From Candidatus Latescibacterota bacterium (GTDB lineage Bacteria > Latescibacterota > UBA2968 > GCA-2709665), in the NCBI GenBank assembly GCA_963667175.2, contig CAXXXF010000016.1, positions 384,001-448,000 of the forward strand: 64,000 nt of DNA. The letters are read 5' to 3'. Position numbers and translations under genes: made by a program. Under the pieces are notes generated by a model. The model was not told the origin of the DNA and did not search any database. It saw only the letters and a list, made by a program, of their open reading frames with translations. Shown piece after piece: positions 9,733 to 18,180 of the stretch (position 1 is the stretch's first letter; each line of letters opens with the position of its first letter).

Positions 9733-10826
9733 GACGAAGATCCGCGACCCGTGTCCTCCTTTACAGGACGCCCACCGAGTTCGTTCTTTTCCCATAGCTG
9801 ACCGAGGCTGTATTCTTCAAGCCACGCCGCGAGGCTCCTGTTGTCCAATCTCTGGAACGTTGTCGCACGGTTTACGCGATCCGCGACAATTACGTCCCTT
9901 GGATCGAAATGATCCAACAGCACCGGCGACTGTGTTGCAACGATGATTTGGGATTCCACGGATGCCTGCTTCAGCATGGAAGCGAGAAGTGTCGTGGCGT
10001 AAGGATGGAGTCCAAGCTCCGGTTCGTCCAGAAGAACCACGGGCGGCCGCAGCGAAGTCGGCTGAAGAAGAAGCGTGGCAAGGGCCATAAACCGCAGTGT
10101 TCCGTCGGACAGTGAGGACGCGTCGAAGTACGCGTCCGATCCCGAGTGGCGCCACTCAAGACGAATCTTGTCTTCGTTCAATGCCATCGGTTCGAGTGCG
10201 AAGTCTTCGAAAAATGGCGCCGCCAGCTGGATGGCACGTTGAATCTGAGTGTATGAATCGTCGTGTTTGTTTTTCAGTAAGAACAGAAACGCCGAGAGGT
10301 TCGACCCGTCCGTACGAAGACTGCGATTGTCGTTGACATCGGAGGTCGTCTTCAATGGCGACGTGGAGCCTGCATCGTGAAAATGGTAGGTTTGCCAACT
10401 CTCAATTTGCCGGCCAACCTGGTGCGGAAAGGGAAAGTTGGGTGAGTTAGCCCAATTCACATCCTCCGAATTGCCTCTGACTGGGGCTGACGGATGGAAC
10501 ATCAGATTATTTATGTAGAGTCCATCAGAATCGTCACTGCTCAGTTCCATTGCAAATCCGGATCGGTCTCGGTCGAAAGAGACTTGCACATCGAGTGTTG
10601 GGGTGACTTTTGCGCCGAAATGCAGAATCCGGTTTGCTCCGCCCGCCTCTCTGACATAGCGCTCCAACCGTCCTTGGATGCAGGCGCGCAGAAACGAGAA
10701 CACTTCAATAAGGTTTGACTTTCCTGATCCGTTGGCCCCAATCAACACATTTAGAGGACGCAACTGAAGCATGGCATCGGCAATACTCTTAAAGCCTATA
10801 ACGAAGATTCCGTCGAGTTTGGTCAT
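9729..10826 (-). CDS. AAA_21/ABC-type ATPase
   Basis: GFKSI, GANGSGKSN Walker A, LSDGT signature, LLDEPELGLHP Walker B, ATQS. Confidence 0.9.
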   Translation of the reverse strand: MTKLDGIFVIGFKSIADAMLQLRPLNVLIGANGSGKSNLIEVFSFLRACIQGRLERYVREAGGANRILHFGAKVTPTLDVQVSFDRDRSGFAMELSSDDSDGLYINNLMFHPSAPVRGNSEDVNWANSPNFPFPHQVGRQIESWQTYHFHDAGSTSPLKTTSDVNDNRSLRTDGSNLSAFLFLLKNKHDDSYTQIQRAIQLAAPFFEDFALEPMALNEDKIRLEWRHSGSDAYFDASSLSDGTLRFMALATLLLQPTSLRPPVVLLDEPELGLHPYATTLLASMLKQASVESQIIVATQSPVLLDHFDPRDVIVADRVNRATTFQRLDNRSLAAWLEEYSLGQLWEKNELGGRPVKEDTGRGSSS

Positions 10827-10834
10827 GGCTCGCC

Positions 10835-10977
10835 TTATACCCGAAACACCTTCATCACCTCGTCGCCAAGGTGATTTATTACCTTCACAGCAATCCTACC
10901 GGACGTTGGTTTGGCGAAGGGCCGGGATGTGTCGCTATGGAGCGTTTCCCAGGCTTCCTGATTGATTTCGGCCTTAA
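10835..10977 (-). pseudogene. copy of mod 3' end (relic 2), bounded by IS1380
   Basis: reads ...AEINQEAWETLHSDTSRPFAKPTSGRIAVKVINHLGDEVMKVFRV*; stop lies 8 nt before the ATPase ATG. Confidence 0.92.
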
Positions 10978-12122
10978 CCTCAATGTGAAATTAATCAGGC
11001 GGCTTTCTGTAGGGCATTGCAATTTCGCGGTATTGTTTTTCGGTCTGCTTGTTGCGTTGGAGTCGCAGGGTGAGTCGTCCTTTTGGTCGGATGAAGTAGC
11101 CTGCGCGGTTGATGAGTTCGAACCGGAGTTTGCGTATGGATTTGAGGGCCCACCTGCCTGCTGCAGGCAGGTCGGTTGGTACTTTTCAAGGTGCGATTGC
11201 GTTGTGTCAGTCCGGTATCGATTTCGAAGTTGACCAGTCGGAGGGTGTAGGCATCCCCCAAGGTTTCTTCGACCTGGGTAAACACGTCCTTTAGAAACGG
11301 GATGGAGGCGCTGCCGTCATTGACGTTGTCGGGACGGTTGTGCACGCCCAGAAAGTGACCACTGTCGGCCAGGTAGGCGGTAATCGGATAGTAACTGGGC
11401 ACTTTGCGATGGTGCGGATTATAGCCACGACGGGCGCCATCGACGTGCTTTCCCGCGCACAAGACCGTGCCGTCCACGTCGATGGTCAACGTGCGGGAGC
11501 GCAACGCCTTGATCCTATCAGCCCGTTGATAAAGTCCATCCGGTCTACGTCCGGCCCTTGTGACCGAATGACGGCGTTGCGCTCCCTCCCCGAATCCAGG
11601 GATTCGCGTCGGTCGCGCGCCTTGTCTTCGGCCACAATGACTCGGCCTCGCCTGCGGAGCGACTTTTTCAACGGACTGCTATGGGCAACAACGTCGGCGT
11701 TGAGGGCTTTCAGGGCATTGAGACCCTCGTCGGGAAACCGTCTCAGAAACGTGCTCATGCTGCGGGGGGTCGGTAAATCCGTCAGACCGCAAAACCGCGC
11801 CAACGCCCACACTGCCTAGGTGACGGCGCAATTGCCTGTTCCAATCCACGTTTCGCAAATATCGCGTCAACGGTTCCAGACCCGCATACGAGGTGAGGCC
11901 TTCACCGGTGAATTCCATCGTCAAATCGTCATTGACACGCGCGTGCAAATCTGCTTTCTTTCTCACTGTACGTGGCCTTTCGTTTTGGGTTAATTGGGTG
12001 TTTCGTCGCTTCCCAATATACCAAAATGGAAGGCCTTTTCCTATTGAAAAATATAGACTTATTCGCCACTTCGCTTCGTCTTCAATAACCCGAAATCCAT
12101 CAACATTATTTTCGCATTGAGG
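10978..12122 (-). mobile_element. decayed IS1380-family insertion sequence
   Basis: TIRs CCTCAATGTGAAATTAAT / CCTCAATGCGAAAATAAT, TTAA target duplication; fragmented transposase (LTSYAGL, TIDVDGT, GYNPH, YYPI). Confidence 0.85.
11519..11678. mobile_element. 160-bp MITE nested in the IS1380 transposase
   Basis: TIRs CAGCCCGTTGATAAAGTC / CAGTCCGTTGAAAAAGTC, CTAT duplication; removal restores frame ADVVAHRIKALRSRTLT. Confidence 0.85.
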
Positions 12123-12303
12123 TTAAACGGCCCTAATTGTCAGAGAAATAATCATCGCACCCATTAGAATATTACCCTATTCCAGAGGCCAAAAATACCT
12201 ACACGGGATTTATGATCCCCTAATCGGCCGGATTTAGACCGCACTTGGATGAGATCCAGGGGTATTCCAAGCCTCTGGGTCTTATTTTTCAGGATCATTA
12301 CTT

Positions 12304-12797
12304 GAGTCCACTCCGAAAAGTCAAAATCGGCTCCGACAAGGTCGTAAATCACACCTGTCCAAAATCGGTTTCAGTCTTGGACAGCATCTGGTTCACTTCC
12401 GCGAAGCAATCCCTCGACCAAGATTGCCTGAGATTCACAAAGTGCTTATTTCACGGGCTTATTGAGACGGAAACAGCACAATTATGGCCGCTGGAAACGT
12501 CACCTTGTTCTTGGACAGCATTGCGCAGACGATGGCAAACCTGGTTTTCATTATCCGGGTCAAACTCGTCCAAAATCGCCTATTGTAGCCATTTTTCGAA
12601 CCTTATCTCTGGGAATCCGACGGTTCTTGGACAGCAGTGGTCGTAAATGGTGTTTTAGCCAGAAGCAAATCGAAACAAGAATTAATATAAAACTATGATA
12701 ATTAAATATTTATGTGGATATGGATAATTTCGAAAAATGGTCGTACCTGACCTAAATTGGTGGAAATTGCGGAAATCTCACTTTTCGGAGTGGACTC
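12304..12797. mobile_element. 494-bp non-autonomous element (MITE)
   Basis: perfect 18-bp TIR GAGTCCACTCCGAAAAGT, flanked by TTACTT direct repeats; no transposase. Confidence 0.85.
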
Positions 12798-13138
12798 TTA
12801 CTTGCTTTAATAAGGCCCACCACATTTTCAAGTAATTGCGTAATGGAAGCGGTACAGTTCTGCCATGCTATTGAATAGCTAACTTCATGAAATTCTCCTT
12901 CAGGTAACTTAACCTTGTATGAGAATCTGTAGCGTGCCTCACGTCCTTTTATCTCTTCTAACTTGAGACTGACCTCGTGTATCATATCGCGACTCCTTAT
13001 TTTTGGATTTATGTTTCCTGTCCTATTGGCATAAAGCGTCCTTTCCATTATTTCAATCGCAAGGATGATTTGCTTAAACCGTCCCTCTTTTAATGTCCCA
13101 CCTGCACAAAAACGGATTTGATAAAATACGAAATTCAC
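12752..13138 (-). pseudogene. AT-rich hypothetical gene with 3' end disrupted by the MITE
   Basis: removing 12304-12803 gives ending IKASNDPEK*; no recognisable motif. Confidence 0.4.
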
Positions 13139-13208
13139 GAAATAAATGGCTGGAAAAATCGTCCACAGCCATTGACGAAACGAGTCGGTCCTTCCTTGGC
13201 GAAGACTT

Positions 13209-13362
13209 TCATCCTGAGGAGGCCCTCAGGCCGACGAATGATCTACTGCAGCATCGGATCATCCCAGTGAGATTTGCACGTGTCGATACTTGAGAGGCAG
13301 CACGCCCGCCTGCAGCGCGGGACGGCAGCGGCGAAAGATTCTTAGACTCCGCTCAGAATGAC
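13209..13362. repeat. REP-like inverted doublet
   Basis: TCATCCTGAGGAGGCC...GATCT paired with AGATTCT...CTCAGAATGAC. Confidence 0.45.
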
Positions 13363-13575
13363 TTGCGTTGCAACAAACACGAACCGATGGCAACCTGGTT
13401 TTCGTTATCCGAGTCAATCCCGTACAAGATCGCGAATTGAAGTCACTTTTCGAACCTCATCTCTGAAAATCCCACGGTTCTTGAACAGCAGTGAAATTAC
13501 CTTTTATTTATTGAAATTCTAACCCGCGAGGTTGGGCGATGCATTTACCAATTATGGATGTTCCCAATGATGAGT

Positions 13576-15645
13576 TTATATTCCAAGATCATCCAGGAAT
13601 TCGGAAGCCGGCTTGACCCCAGAAACCATCAGATAGTCACGTGCGCGTGTACAGGCAACATACAGCAGGTGTCTCTCTGTGTCATATACCTCTTCAAGGT
13701 CCGACTCATCCGCGGCAGTCTCAATGCGTTCCTGCCGCGGGATGGCTTCGTCGTCACACGCCATGACGACAGCGGCACGAAACTCCAGCCCCTTGGCCAG
13801 ATGCATCGTGGCTATCGAGACTCGCCCCGCAGCCGGCTCTCCTCCTTCGTCCAGTACCCCGAAACGATACCCTGCTCCATCGGCAGCCTTGCGCGCTCTG
13901 TCCAGTTGGGATTCTGAACGTACGAAAATCGCCATTTCGCCGGTGTCGACACCCTTCTCACTGCACCCCCGAAGCCATGCGCCGACGGCCTCGGTCTCTT
14001 GCCGCGCCGTATCGTACCGTTGGATTTCAGGCGGCTCTCCGTTAAACGCCGATACCGTTCCTCTTCGATCCTCCGTGTAACCATCCACGTCTGCGACTTC
14101 GGAGCCGAGCAGCCTGTCCGCATGCCTCCTGATCTGGTGGGAGGTCCGATAGTTGAGGGTGAGTGTCTCGGATCGGCCCGTTATATCGATGCCCACCGCC
14201 TTCCAGGAAAACGGCGCCTGGAAAATCCGTTGACCGAGATCGCCGGCGAAAAACAGGCTGTTTGCCCGCTGGCCGCCCATGGCTGCAAGAAATCGCAATT
14301 GAGGGACGCTGATTTCCTGCGCTTCATCCACGACAGCAAAGTCGTAAGGCGGATGCCGACGTTCTTTAAGGCCCCCGCCCAGCAAACGATAAATCTCTGC
14401 ACGCGTGACCAGGCCACGTTCACTCAGTTGTCCTCTGACCCTGTCAAATATAGCCCACAACGCCGAACGCTGCTCGAGGGGAAGCCGCGGCTTGCGTCCG
14501 AGTCGTCTGACGTCGCGATAGGCTTCCCATGTGTCCAACTGCCAGGCGTCGACGACGTTCTCCCACTCGTCCATCAGAAACGGGACGGAATAGCGATGTG
14601 GTCCATCCTGTTTGGCGTATTCGGAAAGTAGGCCCCGGACCGTCTCCTTTGGCGCAAATTTCGGGACACCGAATTGCGCCCGATAGAGCCGCTCGCAGAC
14701 CTGATGAATCGCGGTGACTTCCAGGCGCTCCATTAACCGGGGTTCATTTCGAATCAGCCGCCCGACCCTCGTGCGGAGAAAATCTGCCAGGGTGTCCGAA
14801 AACGTCGTAAGGAGGACCCGAGCTTCCGGATTCGTCCGTGCGAGAAACACAGCCCTGTGAATGGCCACGACGGTCTTACCCGTACCGGCCGTCCCGGATA
14901 CACGAAACGGACCGTTATAGTCACCCTCCACGATTTTCCGCTGCGACGGATGCAGAAAAATCGACCATTTATCCCATGGAAAGTCAAGCGCAAGCGCAAG
15001 TTCGTCCTCGTTCGAAATCGCCTGGAAACGACGCTTCGCATCGGGGTGTTCGAACGGGTCTTCGACGACAACAGGCGCTACCGGTTTCGGCATCTCCCCG
15101 ACGGCAATCTGCAGCAACGCCTCCGCTGCTTCATCGGGTAGATGCTCCGACAAATCCAACAGACTGTCTTCGTCGGCATTCCGAACGTCATCGATCCATT
15201 CAGCCGGAACGCCGTAGCTCAGGAGATCCTCTTCGGAGGTCTCGGCGAACAGAAGGGGCTTGACAGGTACTTTCTGTTCTGCTTCCACGTAAACCGGTAC
15301 GACAACTTCCTCAACCGTCTCCTTCACTTCAACCAATTGAGCCGCTCCGGTTGTCGGATGGACTTCCAACTTGCGCTTTTCCGCCCATTTGTAGGCGTCG
15401 TCGTGGTGATCCACGTAGCACATCATCAGACTCTTGGGAGTCCGATGAACGATGACACGTAAATCCCGATTGACGCGAACCGACCAGAAATTCGGGTCCT
15501 TCGCTCTATCAACCCTGTGGAATTTAAATCCGGGCTGAGCGGGGTTCACCTGCAAATCAAAGGCCGTGGTTTTCACGGCCTTTTGTTCGTTTCCCGTCAG
15601 CCTCGCAAGACTGTCTGTGAATGTGTCTGCTATTCGGAAGTTCAT
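13576..15645 (-). CDS. UvrD/SF1 helicase with N-terminal RelE-like domain
   Basis: GTAGTGKT, VVDEAQE, GDLGQRI, NYRT, HLAKGLEF, LYVACTRA; N-terminus FWSVRVNRDLRVIV is RelE-like. Confidence 0.88.
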   Translation of the reverse strand: MNFRIADTFTDSLARLTGNEQKAVKTTAFDLQVNPAQPGFKFHRVDRAKDPNFWSVRVNRDLRVIVHRTPKSLMMCYVDHHDDAYKWAEKRKLEVHPTTGAAQLVEVKETVEEVVVPVYVEAEQKVPVKPLLFAETSEEDLLSYGVPAEWIDDVRNADEDSLLDLSEHLPDEAAEALLQIAVGEMPKPVAPVVVEDPFEHPDAKRRFQAISNEDELALALDFPWDKWSIFLHPSQRKIVEGDYNGPFRVSGTAGTGKTVVAIHRAVFLARTNPEARVLLTTFSDTLADFLRTRVGRLIRNEPRLMERLEVTAIHQVCERLYRAQFGVPKFAPKETVRGLLSEYAKQDGPHRYSVPFLMDEWENVVDAWQLDTWEAYRDVRRLGRKPRLPLEQRSALWAIFDRVRGQLSERGLVTRAEIYRLLGGGLKERRHPPYDFAVVDEAQEISVPQLRFLAAMGGQRANSLFFAGDLGQRIFQAPFSWKAVGIDITGRSETLTLNYRTSHQIRRHADRLLGSEVADVDGYTEDRRGTVSAFNGEPPEIQRYDTARQETEAVGAWLRGCSEKGVDTGEMAIFVRSESQLDRARKAADGAGYRFGVLDEGGEPAAGRVSIATMHLAKGLEFRAAVVMACDDEAIPRQERIETAADESDLEEVYDTERHLLYVACTRARDYLMVSGVKPASEFLDDLGI

Positions 15646-15913
15646 TTCAGATTGCGTTGGGTTCGATCCTTTGCGTGTATGTGATTGCCGTGAAATACAT
15701 CAGCAAGAGCGCGAGACCCCTGGCGATATGAAACCAGGCAATGTGAATGGTAGCTTGGCGACCAGCGACGACGAATTCCAAGAAGTGATCGGTATGGGAA
15801 AATTCCGGGCTGCAGGTACCCGGAATTTGTACACATCTATCCGTTCCACGCAAAGAGTCCACCCTTGCAAAAATCCTATCGATCCTGTTAGCGCCTAACG
15901 GCCATCTACACTA

Positions 15914-16363
15914 TCAGACTACGGCTGGATGCGTGTGAATAATGCAAGCCGCTATCATGTCACCAATGAGAGCGGCTTGATCGGAATCGCCCGGCGGAAG
16001 CCCTACAATTTCACTGTGAGACGGATCGGCATCGTATTCCCCTTCGGCATCCAAGGGCTTATTGACGAAGCGAAGGCTTTCGAGTTCACTCGAGATGTAC
16101 TGTTTTGTTGCGCCGACATTCAATTCTGCAAGGCGACCACGTTTCTTCATATCCAACCGAGAGAGTCGCCTTACCTCTGCAAGTTGGCCGTCCTTAGTGC
16201 AATCGCGAATACACTCAAGCCAGTTAACGGACACGCCGGTATCATCGGGCCGATGTGAGCGCAGCCGGAATTCAGATCCATCCACCTTTCCATCCTCGCG
16301 TATGCTTGTAGGCTTAGCATATCGGACCACGTGATGCCCATCCGGCAGATTGTCGTCAGTCAT
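15914..16363 (-). CDS. hypothetical protein, possible ART/RES-like toxin fold
   Basis: VVRY...FRLR...GVSVNW...DPSHSEI pattern; ATGA overlap with upstream gene. Confidence 0.6.
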   Translation of the reverse strand: MTDDNLPDGHHVVRYAKPTSIREDGKVDGSEFRLRSHRPDDTGVSVNWLECIRDCTKDGQLAEVRRLSRLDMKKRGRLAELNVGATKQYISSELESLRFVNKPLDAEGEYDADPSHSEIVGLPPGDSDQAALIGDMIAACIIHTHPAVV

Positions 16364-17136
16364 ATTTTCAGGAGTACCTCAAGGTCGAAGTTCCGTACCT
16401 GTTGCTTCACACCTTCGAGTGTATCGCGTCCTGCCACACGCGATACATGTCCGCTTCCCTGACGTCGACGAAAAATGACATACTGCACCATGTGGTCGCC
16501 AAGGAACTGAAAGCCCAAATGGCTGCCATCTCCTCCATCCCAGACAGCGCGTAGATTCCCGTTGTCAACGAGCACCAATTCCGCCTTAGCCGCAAAAGGC
16601 GTCGATTCGACGAACGACCAGAAATCCTGCAATGACTCCGTGTTCACTGTGATACCGTCGAGTTTGCCATCTCTGCGCAGTATTTCAATTCGTTTTCCAT
16701 AGGCAAAGAAGACTTCCCAACTGATCCAACGTCTGTCGGCGTTTGCGGGATTACGCATGCTGAGCAGGTCGATCCAACCTGCCCGGTAATAAGATTCCGT
16801 AAGTGTAGTTGAAGGCTCGTTGGCTATATATCTACGAATGTTGGATGCGACAGAATCGATGACTGCTGCGCTCGGAGACGGACGAGATTCGCCTGCCAAC
16901 AACGTTTGATATACGCCAAATCGGTTCACAGGAGAATGACCTTGCGATATTTCTCTTTTTAATCGATTCAAATTGGGGTACTGCGAATGGCCATGAGGGT
17001 GGTGCCAAGAGAAATGTACACGTGGTTGATTTGTCTCACTAACCAACTCCGGGTCGAACGCATTTGCATTAATCCTCGGGTCCGACTGCGGCAAGTCCAA
17101 TGCGAATACAACAGAAGACGAAGACAAGCTCCTCAT
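16360..17136 (-). CDS. hypothetical protein (middle gene of coupled trio)
   Basis: AAGGAGG RBS and ATG overlapping the upstream stop; low-complexity N-half, globular C-half. Confidence 0.7.
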   Translation of the reverse strand: MRSLSSSSVVFALDLPQSDPRINANAFDPELVSETNQPRVHFSWHHPHGHSQYPNLNRLKREISQGHSPVNRFGVYQTLLAGESRPSPSAAVIDSVASNIRRYIANEPSTTLTESYYRAGWIDLLSMRNPANADRRWISWEVFFAYGKRIEILRRDGKLDGITVNTESLQDFWSFVESTPFAAKAELVLVDNGNLRAVWDGGDGSHLGFQFLGDHMVQYVIFRRRQGSGHVSRVAGRDTLEGVKQQVRNFDLEVLLKI

Positions 17137-17924
17137 ACAACGTCCTCCTTGAGATGCCAGAGTCGATCTTGAATTTCCTGGCTGGTCATTCCCACAAAAC
17201 AACTGATGATTGCATCATGGGCACGCTCGAACCATTCATCCGTTCCCGGTTTTGCCAACTGCCCCACTCGGCCGACGGCCTTGATTTCAAAAATTAGCAC
17301 CGGCACGTCCTCCTGCGCTGCCCTAACCCCACTGCGGATGTTGACGTTTACTTGCAGATCGGCCGCGACTATGTATGCGAAATTGCAATTGAAAACTGGT
17401 GAGCCCAAAGAACTTATGCCCGGGTTCACAATGGAGAATGACGGGATTACTTTTTTCGTTTCTTGTGGCCCCGCCCAGAACTCATTATGTTCCAGGACAT
17501 TGATGTAGTTCAACTCACAGAGTTCAATAGACGGTTCGGCAATGTTAATTTCCGTTCTGACAAATTTGCTGAATAGGCTATAGATTCGATCAAACGTCGG
17601 CTTTATATTCTCGTGAAAGCGTGGGTATTCACGGTCTCTACGGCGCCAATTAAACATAAAGGCGCTTTTCTGTATTTGAATGAGGTTGATTTCATCAACT
17701 GCAATGAACCAAAATCTGGGCATTGGAAACGGTTCACTTTCGTTTAGCTCCGGTGCGATTCCCACTGGTGGTTGTTGACGAACCTCAGGAAACTCGTCCT
17801 TGATTCGTTTCCAAAACAGGCCGATGTGCTCGCTGCGCATTTCGGACAATTGCGGGTTGAAATATGTGGATAACACAACTTCGTTTATTGGCGGATTCTC
17901 GAAAGTGATGTCTCGTGGTTTCAT
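17133..17924 (-). CDS. TIGR04255-family protein
   Basis: F.NPPINEVV, PRFWF, LIQIQ...FNWRR...YPRF, L.YIN pattern typical of the family. Confidence 0.75.
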   Translation of the reverse strand: MKPRDITFENPPINEVVLSTYFNPQLSEMRSEHIGLFWKRIKDEFPEVRQQPPVGIAPELNESEPFPMPRFWFIAVDEINLIQIQKSAFMFNWRRRDREYPRFHENIKPTFDRIYSLFSKFVRTEINIAEPSIELCELNYINVLEHNEFWAGPQETKKVIPSFSIVNPGISSLGSPVFNCNFAYIVAADLQVNVNIRSGVRAAQEDVPVLIFEIKAVGRVGQLAKPGTDEWFERAHDAIISCFVGMTSQEIQDRLWHLKEDVV

Positions 17925-18180
17925 GAAAGTCTATTGCTCCTTAAGTACTCAAATATGTGCAAAGGGCGATGGCTTGAAAAGACCAACCCGACATGCCCGT
18001 ACAAAACTTCGTCTTCCTGATGCTCGACGCAGTGTGATATCATGACGGACTAAGACACAAACAACCTGGCTCGACGCTTTCTCGCGTTCTACGTCATTTC
18101 CGTTACACACCCGCCAAATGTTAGACGGAGATTTGGGTGGTCGTCGTTGTGCAGTCACTGACTCGCGGCTATTTCAAGGA

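Larger units (their letters stand above)
12530..13493. repeat. imperfect ~108-bp direct repeat (12530-12640 and 13386-13493)
   Basis: GATGGCAA(A)CCTGGTTTTC...ACGGTTCTTG(G/A)ACAGCAGTG in both copies; probable end of another decayed element. Confidence 0.7.

Noticed and set aside
17949-18158. Small TM partner (Drt1b-like) downstream of the RT
   Set aside because: The 69-aa ORF is basic and hydrophilic, with no TM segment or clear RBS.
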